NCBI GenBank assembly: GCA_964291315.2
Contig: OZ219753.1
Location: forward strand, 2,336,001 to 2,400,000
Length of the DNA: 64,000 nt
Direction: 5' to 3'
From: Candidatus Poribacteria bacterium
GTDB lineage: Bacteria > Poribacteria > WGA-4E > WGA-3G
The notes under the pieces were generated by a model. That model was not told where the DNA came from, made no database searches, and worked only from the letters and a program-made list of their open reading frames with translations. The position numbers were made by a program, and so were the translations under genes. Shown here piece by piece: positions 37,675 through 47,272 of the stretch. Every line of letters starts with the position of its first letter. Within the stretch, counting starts at the first letter, position 1.

Positions 37675-38182
37675 TCTCCTCTGTTGTTAAGTTAAAGATA
37701 ACGTGAGTTTCAAAAAAGATTTAGCGGAGCTCTTTTGTAGCATGGCCTGTGCGCCTATGCCTCTTCGGCGCCTCTTACACAACCTGTTAGGCCATGTGAG
37801 TGCTCTCTTTATCCAAAGATGAACTCAATAATTATCAAACTCGCGTTAAAGATAGACAATATTATAGAGATGGAACAGAGGCCACAGATCTATTCCGTCT
37901 CCATGGATCCGACTTTATGCTCAGGAACCGCCTCAGCCCCCGATATTAGTGTCGTTTTCTGTTGAAATTTTCTGATTTTCATGTGCGTTCTCGTTGCGTC
38001 TTAAACGGTCAAAGAACGTTATAATATGATACAATACTATAACGCAAAAAGTCAACAAAAAATAACAGAATATTTTGTTAGCGGCGCGATTATCACTCCT
38101 GCTATCTTCTGCACACGATGCTCCTATGCTTCGGATTAAATAAACCGGTTAGAGAACCAAAACGGTGGGCAGTTTATGAAGT

Positions 38183-39271
38183 TCACGTTAAACTATAGCA
38201 TTCCCGCGCGTTTTCAGACAAGATTTTGCGTGTCAGCGATCGCGACAATTGTGTGGGGAGAGCGGCCTCGGGCGAGTCGAAATGCCAATGCGGGTAGTCG
38301 CTTGAAAACATCAACATATCTTCTGAGTCAAGCTGCCCCAAAATCTGAAGCAGTTCCGCGGCTGTTGGCGGTGCATCAATCGGTTGAAGAGTCATGCGGA
38401 TGTGTTCTCGGATATACGCTGATGGCGGCCGCTTTAACCAAGGCGTCAGTCCACGCAAACCTCGCCACTCTTTATCGAACCGCCACATCAACGAGGGCAT
38501 CCAAGTGACACCCGTTTCTATAAGCGCGACGCGCAAGTATGGAAATGTATCAAAAACACCCTCCGACACAAGGCTCAGCACCTGCGCCTGAAATACTTGT
38601 GACATGCCAACGTACTCCTCTAAATAGGTTGAGGGCCATCCGACAGAGGTCGGCGGCAGTCCCGGGGCACCACCGTAGTGGATACCGATGACCAGATTAT
38701 GACGAGCAGCCGCGGCATAGAGAGGATGATAACGTCTATTGCCGTAAGGCACTTGTGATCGAGCAGGCAGCAGTATCTGCACAAACCCCGGATGTGCGCC
38801 TAGACGCTCAACCTCCCGGGCAGCGAGTGCGGGGTTCTGACTTGGAACAATCAGTGAACCCCGTAGGCGCGGCTCCGGGTCGAGCCAGTGTTCAATCTGC
38901 CAATCATTGACTGCGGAAGCGAGCGCTGCCGCGAGGTCTTCGTTGTGCACGCTCTGGGCACGAAACCCACAAGTGAGTATACCGGTTTCAACCGCCCAGA
39001 AATCGAGGGCGTGCTTCCGCAACAGTGCAAGGTCCGATGCCGGGCGACCTTCTAACGGCTGCCTAATCTCCGGGCGCTTTGAAGTCGCCACACCGTCCGG
39101 ATAGTCGTTCGCATCTGGCCCAGGAAACCCCGACTCCTCACAATAGTCACACCAATAATCCGGTAAATAGGGGTAGAGCATCCGAAGCGACGGAAGACGG
39201 TTATGCAGGTCACAGTCAATTATAGACATGCCGTCTTGAACGAAACCGGGTTTGGAATTCTCCGTATCCAT
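38183..39271 (-). CDS. Amidohydrolase-fold protein (amidohydrolase-related dinuclear oxygenase-like), partner A
   Basis: IDCDLH, SAVNDWQ..W, GIH.GG, EGVF..FP, TLQP.D, FSSDYPHW. Confidence 0.85.
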   Translation of the reverse strand: MDTENSKPGFVQDGMSIIDCDLHNRLPSLRMLYPYLPDYWCDYCEESGFPGPDANDYPDGVATSKRPEIRQPLEGRPASDLALLRKHALDFWAVETGILTCGFRAQSVHNEDLAAALASAVNDWQIEHWLDPEPRLRGSLIVPSQNPALAAREVERLGAHPGFVQILLPARSQVPYGNRRYHPLYAAAARHNLVIGIHYGGAPGLPPTSVGWPSTYLEEYVGMSQVFQAQVLSLVSEGVFDTFPYLRVALIETGVTWMPSLMWRFDKEWRGLRGLTPWLKRPPSAYIREHIRMTLQPIDAPPTAAELLQILGQLDSEDMLMFSSDYPHWHFDSPEAALPTQLSRSLTRKILSENARECYSLT

Positions 39272-39307
39272 ATATTTTTCCTCTTAAATTTTTTTCTCCT
39301 TAACGCT

Positions 39308-40279
39308 CTATTTTCCACCATACGTGTGCCAAAATAGAATGTGTTCGCCTTCCCACCCGTGCGCTTTTATGTAATGAACGAGTGCCGCTAACGTTTTGCC
39401 GGTGTACGTATTTTCAAGCGTGATGCCTTCGTGCTCATGCATCATCTTGACAGCGTGTCTGCTGGCTTCTGTTGGTAGGGCGTATCCTTTGCCAAAATCC
39501 TCATGCCAGAGCTCCATGCGCTGGTACCTGATAGCATCGGTGTCCGCTGCATGGATAAGGCGCAAGGTCCGTTTTACCATGCGGGAGATTGCCCACGAAT
39601 TTGTGACCGCCCAATCCGCAACTCGTACCCCCACGATGTGCGTTTGCAGCCCCGCGATTCTCGTACCGACTATCAGGCCGGCGACCGTACCACAGGTTCC
39701 CACGGGTATGAAGATAAACCGTGGCTCAGGTAAGAGCCCCTCTTCAATTTGCGATTTCAACTCTGAAACCGCTTTTACATAGCCGATAGAGCCGAGCGGC
39801 GAGGAACCGCCGGCCGCGATGAAATAGCGTTTTGCGCCGAGCCGAAGAACCGTCTTCAGCCGTTCATACCCGTAAAGTGCAAACAGAGCACTGATGTGCT
39901 GAGCCACGTGGATCCGATCTGCCTGCTCACAAATTGTACGATAGTTTGCTTCAGAATATTCGGTACGCGGCTGCTTAAAAAGCAGACATTCTACTCGAAA
40001 ACCGGACACTTTACCGTAGACAACTGTTGCCCGGACGTGGTTAGAGCCTGTTGGACCGATTGTAAAGAGTGTTTCCCTTTCATCTCCCTTCGAGTCTGCC
40101 CGTGCTGCAGCGAACAGATACTCCAGTTTTCGTACTTTGTTGCCGCCGCCTAGCGGGCCACTCAAATCGTCTCGCTTAATCCAGAGCGATTTGAGACCCA
40201 GCGCGCGTCCAAGGTTCGAAAGCCGCTGCACAGGGGTTGGAAAATTTCCGAGCGGAAGACGTGGAATTGATTTAATCAT
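39308..40279 (-). CDS. PLP enzyme, D-cysteine desulfhydrase/ACC deaminase family
   Basis: PTP..L, KRDD.SG...GGNK.RKLEY, SNH, GTCGT.AG, YTGK, FWHT; start may instead be TTG 40327. Confidence 0.88.
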   Translation of the reverse strand: MIKSIPRLPLGNFPTPVQRLSNLGRALGLKSLWIKRDDLSGPLGGGNKVRKLEYLFAAARADSKGDERETLFTIGPTGSNHVRATVVYGKVSGFRVECLLFKQPRTEYSEANYRTICEQADRIHVAQHISALFALYGYERLKTVLRLGAKRYFIAAGGSSPLGSIGYVKAVSELKSQIEEGLLPEPRFIFIPVGTCGTVAGLIVGTRIAGLQTHIVGVRVADWAVTNSWAISRMVKRTLRLIHAADTDAIRYQRMELWHEDFGKGYALPTEASRHAVKMMHEHEGITLENTYTGKTLAALVHYIKAHGWEGEHILFWHTYGGK

Positions 40280-40307
40280 TTCTTCGATGGAGACTCGCCT
40301 CTTTCTA

Positions 40308-41864
40308 TTACACAATACCGCTTTCAATTATCTGACCCGCCACGTGTCTGGCGAATGCGGCTATAGTCAACATCGGAGGCACCCCAACGGAGGTTGGAAA
40401 GAGACTCGCGTCGGCGACAAACAGACCACTCACTGCATGCGACTCCCCGGAGAGTTTGACGACGGCATCGTGTCGATTTTCACCCATCTGAAGCGTGCCT
40501 TGCGGGTGACTTGAAGCCAACGTGATGTCATTCGGCACGATGCCGCGTTGGCGGATAATCTCAAGCTCCTTCTCTGTTTTGATAGGAAGATGTTGTGTGT
40601 AGGGCATCAGAATTTCTGTTGCACCTGCAGCAAAAAGAAGCCGCGCGGCATTGATCGCCCCTTCTACAAGCACCTTTTTGTCCGAGCGTCGCAACCGGTA
40701 TGAAATACTGGGGGCGCCCTTATGATCTATTGATACGCGCCCGGTTGTTCTGTCGTGTAAAAGAACAAGCAGCGCAGCGATCTGTCGATACCGTTCCATC
40801 AATTCTCTATGGACGTTCCCAAACCCCGGCAAGCTCGCCGCAACTATCATCTCTGAACCGAAAGCCGGCATGAGCAGGTAACCACTATCCGGGTAGCGTC
40901 TTAAGTCAAGAAACTGATCGATATAGTAGCTTTGTGGAATACCGATATGTCCATCGACGGTCTCATCGAAAATACCGCCGACAAAAACAGCAGGATGCAA
41001 ATGGAGGTTCCGGCCTACTCGTCGATTCGCATTCGGGAGCCGACTTTTTAACCAGAGTTGCGGCGAATTAATCGCGCCGGCGGCTAATACGACCACCTTG
41101 CTTTGAACGTGCAATTTGCCCGAGGGCAGTTGTGCCGAGACCCCTACAGCCCTTCTCGACTTCACATGGATCTGTTCTGCTATGCAGTTGCTATAGAGTC
41201 GTGCACCCTCCGCAAGCGCCAAGGGCATGTATGTAACCGCCATGCTCTGCTTGCCTATTCTTCTTGTAGGATGCGTCTGAATCGATGTGGAAGCGGGGCA
41301 CCCAAACAGACATCTTGCACCGCACACAGTGCAGGCACCGCGGTTGTGTCTCTGCAGTCTACCACGCCATCGCATCGCTTCACATCCACGACGGATGACG
41401 TTATTTAATCCGTTCACATCTGTCTCTTCCATCTGTGTAACCCCGAGGATTTGCTCCACCGGGGCGAAGTGATGCCATAACTCTGGAACCCGCCATCTAT
41501 GGAGCACCGCTTGTGGGAGTCGAACCGCATAGCAGAGATTGTGCACGGTTGAACCGCCGACACCTCGCCCTTGGGAGATAACGATCCCGCCGTCCCGTGT
41601 AGATCGCAGCCCGTCGTCCCAGAAGAGACGGTGGAGCATCTCTGGCTCATACGCACCAAAGGTGCTCGGCTCGTTATCTTCGCCGGCTTCTAAAATGATT
41701 ACCGAGAGTCCTGCTTCCGCAAGTTCCTTTGCGACAACTGCACCGCCAGCCCCGGAACCGATAACGCACACGTCGGCAACCTCTTGCTGCTCTATCTTCT
41801 TCTTACCTAATGAAGCCCGCACAGTGTCAGTGATGCTGGAAATTCGAGATTGAGGTTTATTCAT
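40308..41864 (-). CDS. GMC family oxidoreductase
   Basis: IGSGAGG..A, G.GVGGST, LAAGAI.SP, VG.NL.LHP, HPQGT, V.DASLFPTS.GV.P. Confidence 0.9.
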   Translation of the reverse strand: MNKPQSRISSITDTVRASLGKKKIEQQEVADVCVIGSGAGGAVVAKELAEAGLSVIILEAGEDNEPSTFGAYEPEMLHRLFWDDGLRSTRDGGIVISQGRGVGGSTVHNLCYAVRLPQAVLHRWRVPELWHHFAPVEQILGVTQMEETDVNGLNNVIRRGCEAMRWRGRLQRHNRGACTVCGARCLFGCPASTSIQTHPTRRIGKQSMAVTYMPLALAEGARLYSNCIAEQIHVKSRRAVGVSAQLPSGKLHVQSKVVVLAAGAINSPQLWLKSRLPNANRRVGRNLHLHPAVFVGGIFDETVDGHIGIPQSYYIDQFLDLRRYPDSGYLLMPAFGSEMIVAASLPGFGNVHRELMERYRQIAALLVLLHDRTTGRVSIDHKGAPSISYRLRRSDKKVLVEGAINAARLLFAAGATEILMPYTQHLPIKTEKELEIIRQRGIVPNDITLASSHPQGTLQMGENRHDAVVKLSGESHAVSGLFVADASLFPTSVGVPPMLTIAAFARHVAGQIIESGIV

Positions 41865-41967
41865 AACACGCTACTATTATTTAATAGACTTCCTTTCCTT
41901 TTTATGATAGCATATTCTCCTAGATCCATCAACCTACGACATGTTGAGAGATAAAGGAGAAGATTAA

Positions 41968-42996
41968 ATGAAAAAAGTTAAAGTAGGTATTATTGGGTGT
42001 GGCGGTATTGCCGGCGGCAAACACCTCCCCGGCCATCAGAAAGTCGAAGATGTTTCCATTATCGCGGCTTGCGATATTGACGAAGCGCGCGCAAAGGCGT
42101 TCGCTAAGAAACACGACATCCCCTACGTTTTCAGCAATTACGAAGAATTGACTGAAATGGATGAACTCGATGCAGTAAGCGTCTGTACACCGAATAACTT
42201 CCACGCGGCACCAACTATTGCTGCTTTAAATGCTGGCAAACACGTTATCTGTGAAAAACCGATTGCCGCGAATGCAAGAGACGGGCAAGCGATGGTAGAT
42301 GCACAAAAAGCCAGTGGGAAAGTGCTACAGATCGGGCTACAATCTCGATTTCGCGATGCATCACGTACCTTGAGAAAACACTATGATGACGGGTTTTTTG
42401 GCGACATCTACTATGCCCGAGCAGTGGCTATGCGCCGCCGCGGGGTACCCGCCTCACCATCGTTTCTCAGCAAAGCCATCGCCGGCGGCGGGCCACTGAT
42501 TGATATCGGGGTGCACATTCTTGATGTCTTGCTTTGGATGATCGGTTGCCCGAAACCGGTCGAAGCGTTCGGGATGACAACTCAGCGGTTTGGACACAAA
42601 GAGAACGTTATCAACCCCTGGGGCAAGTGGAACCCTGAAGAATTTGAGGTAGAAGATTTTGCGATGGGGACAATCCGTTTTGAAGGCGGGTTGACGGTTA
42701 CCCTAGAGACCGCATGGGCATCCCACATTGAGAACATCGGCGGCACTTTCTTCATGGGAGACTTAGCCGGAGCCACTTATGAACCCCTGCAGATTTACAG
42801 AGACAAGAAAGATGAGATGGTAAATTATAAACCGAAACTCCTCACCGGTTTGCCAGGCGAATTTGAATCATTCCACAAAGCCGTTCGGGAAGGATTACCC
42901 TCTCCGGTACCAGCGGAAGAAGTACTAAACGTAGCAAAAATCTTCGACGCAATCTATGAATCTGCTCGGATAGGACGTTCCGTACCTATCGAATAG
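41968..42996 (+). CDS. Gfo/Idh/MocA family oxidoreductase
   Basis: GIIGCGGIA, VCTPN..H, GKHVICEKP, GGGPLIDIGVH. Confidence 0.92.
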   Translation: MKKVKVGIIGCGGIAGGKHLPGHQKVEDVSIIAACDIDEARAKAFAKKHDIPYVFSNYEELTEMDELDAVSVCTPNNFHAAPTIAALNAGKHVICEKPIAANARDGQAMVDAQKASGKVLQIGLQSRFRDASRTLRKHYDDGFFGDIYYARAVAMRRRGVPASPSFLSKAIAGGGPLIDIGVHILDVLLWMIGCPKPVEAFGMTTQRFGHKENVINPWGKWNPEEFEVEDFAMGTIRFEGGLTVTLETAWASHIENIGGTFFMGDLAGATYEPLQIYRDKKDEMVNYKPKLLTGLPGEFESFHKAVREGLPSPVPAEEVLNVAKIFDAIYESARIGRSVPIE

Positions 42997-43022
42997 CGTT
43001 GATCTCTCTCATTCAAGCGCGT

Positions 43023-43048
43023 GTAGGCGCGTTCGCAGAGCGCGCCTA
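43023..43048. repeat. REP-like palindrome / bidirectional terminator between convergent genes; related copy at 58745-58772
   Basis: GTAGGCGCGTTCGCAGAGCGCGCCTA versus ATAGGCGCGTTTTTCAAGCGCACCTTAC. Confidence 0.5.
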
Positions 43049-43450
43049 TTCTCGTGGCGGTTTCTCGTAAGTTGATCGCACAACTGTTTTGATACCGCCA
43101 CGAATGTTAAAAGTACCAACCACACCTGCCCTTCGGGGGCGACACGCCTCTACAAAATCCTCAAGCACCTTGTTGACTACATGTTCGTGAAAAATGCCGA
43201 TATCCCGGTAGAAGAGAAAATACTCCTTCAACGATTTCAGTTCGACACAGTCCCGGTGTGGCACATAGGTGATGCAGAGGGTCGCAAAATCCGGCAGTCC
43301 CGTTTTCGGACATACCGCAGTAAATTCTAAGTTGGTAATCTCGATTGTATAATCTCGGTCACTGTACTGATTTTCCCATGTCTCTATTGGCGGTGTTTTC
43401 AGCTGACGAATATGGGTTTGTAAGTGATCATAGTCGGTTGCTTGTTTCAT
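43046..43450 (-). CDS. queF: NADPH-dependent preQ0 reductase (unimodular)
   Basis: EFT.VCPKTGLPDFA, VELKSLK.Y, HE, RGGI. Confidence 0.92.
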   Translation of the reverse strand: MKQATDYDHLQTHIRQLKTPPIETWENQYSDRDYTIEITNLEFTAVCPKTGLPDFATLCITYVPHRDCVELKSLKEYFLFYRDIGIFHEHVVNKVLEDFVEACRPRRAGVVGTFNIRGGIKTVVRSTYEKPPRE

Positions 43451-43490
43451 TCTTCACGTTCCCCCCCCCGTTTTTCTTCTGAATACTCGG

Positions 43491-44387
43491 CTAAACAGCG
43501 GTATGGTCGGGCGGCACCTTGGCGAGGACGAAGCGATCTTTCTTAGCATAGTCTTTGCGGAATTCATACACGGCATAGGCGGTTTCGGCATCCATGAGGG
43601 CGCGAACAGACTCGGCCTGTGTATCACCGATCTCAAAGAGTAGTTTTCCGTTGGGTGCCAGATGTTCCGGTGCTTCCACAATTAATCGGCGAATCACAGC
43701 TAGACCATCGTCGCCTGCAAAAAGAGCAACCTCGGGTTCATAGTCCCGGACATCTGGGCTCAGGTTGACTCGTTCCACGTTCTTAATATACGGTGGGTTA
43801 CAGACGATCCAATCAAATTGTCGCTCCTCAGGACTGTCTAGCATCCGTATCGGTTCAAACAGGTCCCCGGCCATGAACGTAATCTGTTCAGTACATGCAT
43901 GTGTCTCGGCATTCTGCCTTGCAACTGTGAGGGCGGGTTCAGATATATCGGTGGCAACGACAGTCCACTCTGGTCGTTGTACTGCAAGCCCGGTAGCGAC
44001 AGCGCCACTCCCGGTGCCAAGTTCAAGCAATCGCTGCGGTGTACTCGCTTTTGTTGCTAGCACCGTTTCGACGAGCTGTTCAGTTTCCGGCCTAGGAATG
44101 AGGACCCGTTCATCAACGTAGAAGTCTAGGGACAGAAATTCTTTTCGGTGTGTCAGATAACTAACAGGGGTGTGCTCAATCCGTTTTTTAATCAGTTCTC
44201 GAAATGAGTTGAGATGTTCTTGGAGGACCGGCATTTCAAAATGGAGATAGAGTTGCAGCCGCGTTTTGCTTAACAGATGACCGAGCAGCACTTCAGCGTC
44301 CAACCTCGGGTTTGGAATCCCGTGCTGTTTGAAATATTCAGAGGTCCAGTCGAGCAAATCCAAGACACGCCATATCTTCTTAGACAT
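43491..44387 (-). CDS. prmC: Release factor glutamine methyltransferase
   Basis: VLIPRPETE, LGTGSG, NPPY, EP..AL..G.DGL; follows prfA. Confidence 0.95.
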   Translation of the reverse strand: MSKKIWRVLDLLDWTSEYFKQHGIPNPRLDAEVLLGHLLSKTRLQLYLHFEMPVLQEHLNSFRELIKKRIEHTPVSYLTHRKEFLSLDFYVDERVLIPRPETEQLVETVLATKASTPQRLLELGTGSGAVATGLAVQRPEWTVVATDISEPALTVARQNAETHACTEQITFMAGDLFEPIRMLDSPEERQFDWIVCNPPYIKNVERVNLSPDVRDYEPEVALFAGDDGLAVIRRLIVEAPEHLAPNGKLLFEIGDTQAESVRALMDAETAYAVYEFRKDYAKKDRFVLAKVPPDHTAV

Positions 44388-44415
44388 GATTTAATATTTC
44401 CTTAGTGGGCGTGTA

Positions 44416-45483
44416 TCAAGTCTCGTCCAGTTTCTCTGTGTGATCGGCAGTTGTCAACTGATCGATAAATACCTGTAAGTCCCCATCTAGGACCGAGTCT
44501 AATTGATAGGAACTGAATTGGATTCGGTGGTCTGTGATGCGGGATTGCGGGAAATTGTAGGTGCGGATCTTCTCGCTCCTGTCTCCACTTCCGACCATTG
44601 ATCGACGTGTTTCGGCTCTTTCACTGTTAAGTTCAGCCTGTTTTTGATCGTGGAGGCGGGCCCGGAGAATCTTCATCGCCTTGGATCGATTCTTGTGCTG
44701 AGATTTTTCATCTTGACACGTTACAACCAGCCCTGTTGGAATGTGTGTAATGCGGATCGCTGAATCGGTTGTGTTAACGCTCTGCCCGCCTGGCCCCGAG
44801 GAGCGATACGTGTCAATCCGCAATTCAGTTGCTTCATCGATGGCTAGGTCAAGTTTTTCTGCTTCGGGCAGCACGGCTACCGTTGCGGCTGAAGTGTGAA
44901 TGCGCCCGCTGGTTTCCGTGGCTGGAATCCGCTGCACCCGATGAATGCCGCCCTCATATTTCAGTTGACTGTATGCGCCTGCCCCCTCGATTGAGAAGAT
45001 GATCTCTTTGAATCCTTTTAGCCCAGTCGCATTTGCGTTAAGAATTTCGAGTTTCCAATGTCGCCGCTCCGCGTATCGGGTGTACATCCGGAATAGCTCC
45101 GCGGCGAAAAGACTCGCCTCTTCGCCGCCGGTCCCCGCTCGAATCTCGATGAGAACGTTTTTTTCATCGTTCGGGTCTTTCGGAATTAGCAGCAGCTTCA
45201 GCGCCGCCGTTAACTCTTCCTTTTGCACCGTGAGCGTTTCCAATTCTTCTTCTGCTAAGGCAACTACTTCTGCATCCGTTTCCGATTCTATCATAAGCAG
45301 CGTCTCTTTGAGTGCCGATTCTAAATGTCGGTACTCCTGATACGCAGATACAATAGGCGAAAGTTCAGCGTGTGTTTTCGATAATTCTATGAGTCGTTGT
45401 TGATTTGAAATTTGCACCGGATCGCCGAGCGCCCTTTCAACTTCGACATATTTAGTTTCGATATCTCTGAGTTTTTCAAACAT
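44416..45483 (-). CDS. prfA: Peptide chain release factor 1
   Basis: EIRAGTGG.EA, P-x-T (PAT) specificity motif, GGQ. Confidence 0.97.
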   Translation of the reverse strand: MFEKLRDIETKYVEVERALGDPVQISNQQRLIELSKTHAELSPIVSAYQEYRHLESALKETLLMIESETDAEVVALAEEELETLTVQKEELTAALKLLLIPKDPNDEKNVLIEIRAGTGGEEASLFAAELFRMYTRYAERRHWKLEILNANATGLKGFKEIIFSIEGAGAYSQLKYEGGIHRVQRIPATETSGRIHTSAATVAVLPEAEKLDLAIDEATELRIDTYRSSGPGGQSVNTTDSAIRITHIPTGLVVTCQDEKSQHKNRSKAMKILRARLHDQKQAELNSERAETRRSMVGSGDRSEKIRTYNFPQSRITDHRIQFSSYQLDSVLDGDLQVFIDQLTTADHTEKLDET

Positions 45484-45600
45484 TTTTTAACACCGTTTAT
45501 AGGCCGCAGTCTGCTATTCGCTGTTGAAAATAAAAGACGTTATCTTTATTTCGTAGAGACCACCTTGTGCCTGTTGTTCGGTTCTTGTTAGGCAATGTTT

Positions 45601-45816
45601 CTACGTTTTGTCTTCGCTAAGTCCATAGCGTCGACGGAAACTTTCAACGCGCCCGGCAGTGTCAATAAAACGTGCCTGCTGCCCGGTGTAGAACGGATGA
45701 CACTTCCCACAAATATCAACTCGCATCGTCGGTTGAATCGCGAGTGTTTCATGGGTCGCGCCACAGACGCATGTGATAACGCATTCTACCATTTCGGGGT
45801 GAATTTCGAGTTTCAT
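45601..45816 (-). CDS. rpmE: 50S ribosomal protein L31 (Zn-binding form)
   Basis: MK..IHP, C.CG, DIC..CHPFYTG, GRVE.F. Confidence 0.96.
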   Translation of the reverse strand: MKLEIHPEMVECVITCVCGATHETLAIQPTMRVDICGKCHPFYTGQQARFIDTAGRVESFRRRYGLSEDKT

Positions 45817-45943
45817 GGTTTCCTTAGTTTCCTTTCTTTAATTTTTGGCTATCGGAATTACGGGTCCGTTATTCCGTTAGAACGTTTTCAATATTCTTGT
45901 GTGTATGCTTTTCAAGATGCCCGCGGGACATGTGGGAGCACAC

Positions 45944-47272
45944 TTACCGTTTCATACGCACACTGTTTCTGGCAGATGCCCCGCTGTAGTCAGCGTTATC
46001 GACCATCCGTTCGAGAAACTTTTCGTTCGTAGTATTTTTACCGAGTTGTTCAACGAGCATTTCCAACGCCTCCGCGCTATCCATCTGGCTTGTGAACCTC
46101 CGCAGCACCCAAACCTTATTAAGCACTCCAGGAGCTAACAGGAGTTCTTCGCGTCGTGTTTTGGATTTTTCAAGGTTAATGGATGGAAAAATTCGGCGAT
46201 CCAGCAAGGAACGTTCAAGATGTATCTCCATGTTAGCCGTTCCTTTGAATTCTTCGTAGATCGCCTCGTCTCCACGGCTCTCAGTACCTACGAGAACTGA
46301 TGCTATAATTGTAAGGCTGCCGCCCTCTTCAAATTTACGGGCTGCACCGCAGAATTGGCGTGGTTTCACAAGTCCCATCGCATCTAATCCGCCCGTTAAC
46401 GTTTTACCGCTCGGGGGCGCTGTCAAATTGTAGGCCCGTGCAAGCCGCGTCAGACTGTCTAAGAGGATGATAACATCTTTTCCGTACTCAGCCCACCGTT
46501 TCGCTTTCTCAACTGCCATTTCAGCAACCTGGATGTGTCGTTCTGGGTACTCATCGAACGTTGAACTAATGACTTCTCCTTTGACAGAGCGCGCCACATC
46601 TGTGACCTCTTCTGGGCGTTCGTCAATCAGGAGAAAGATCAGCGAGACCTCAGGATGATTGGCTTCAATGCCAGCAGCAATATTCTTCAAAAGTGTAGTT
46701 TTGCCGCTGTATGGCGGGGCAACGATTAGGCCACGTTGTCCTTTGCCGATAGGTGCCATCAAATCCACCATACGCGTCGCGAATTCCGAGGCGTTGTGCT
46801 CTAGCTTCAGTTGTTGGTGTGGATAGATAGGCGTGAGATTATCGAAGAGGATTTTCCGTTTCGCGGCTTCCGGTTTTTCCCCGTTGACCTTCTCGATCTG
46901 TAACATGGCGAAGTAGCGTTCCGCTTTGTTTTCCGTCTTTTTGGGTGGACGGATCACACCTTCAACGACATGCCCCGTCTGCAAATCAAACCTTCGAATT
47001 TGCGATGAAGATACGTAGATGTCTTCACTGCTTTGCAGATAATTGGAACGCGGTGAGCGGAGGAAACCGTAGTGTTGATCTCTGTCGTCTAATATTTCTA
47101 GAACGCCCCCACCATAAAATTGGGTATCGCCCTCAGATTTTGCCTCTATGATTTCGTTAATCAATTCCTCTTTCCGAAACCCGGTGTGTTCGCCTATCCC
47201 GAGTGTCAGCGCAAAGTCTTTGAGTTCCGAGAACTCCATTTCTTGGAGCTTGCCAAGGTCCAAGCTCTCCAT
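45944..47272 (-). CDS. rho: Transcription termination factor Rho
   Basis: YGFLR, DIYVS.SQIRRF, GKGQRGLIVAPP..GKT, LIDERPEEVTD, EEFKGT.N. Confidence 0.97.
   Translation of the reverse strand: MESLDLGKLQEMEFSELKDFALTLGIGEHTGFRKEELINEIIEAKSEGDTQFYGGGVLEILDDRDQHYGFLRSPRSNYLQSSEDIYVSSSQIRRFDLQTGHVVEGVIRPPKKTENKAERYFAMLQIEKVNGEKPEAAKRKILFDNLTPIYPHQQLKLEHNASEFATRMVDLMAPIGKGQRGLIVAPPYSGKTTLLKNIAAGIEANHPEVSLIFLLIDERPEEVTDVARSVKGEVISSTFDEYPERHIQVAEMAVEKAKRWAEYGKDVIILLDSLTRLARAYNLTAPPSGKTLTGGLDAMGLVKPRQFCGAARKFEEGGSLTIIASVLVGTESRGDEAIYEEFKGTANMEIHLERSLLDRRIFPSINLEKSKTRREELLLAPGVLNKVWVLRRFTSQMDSAEALEMLVEQLGKNTTNEKFLERMVDNADYSGASARNSVRMKR

Larger units (their letters stand above)
31786..37848. mobile_element. 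Putative inserted block bounded by direct repeats (3 Uma2 genes plus lamin-tail gene)
   Basis: Motif AATAATTATCAAnnTYGCRTTR at 31786, 32674, 33604 and 37827, all in the same orientation; no recombinase in the window. Confidence 0.45.

Noticed and set aside
37741-37800. Glycine or lysine riboswitch (AGAGGCGCCGAAG on the minus strand)
   Set aside because: Only a short motif matches; the other conserved elements are missing and the downstream gene does not fit.
37820-37848. Xer dif-like reading of the island motif
   Set aside because: It lacks the ATAA-N6-TTATGTTAAAT arrangement; only one arm has a TTAT/ATAA end.
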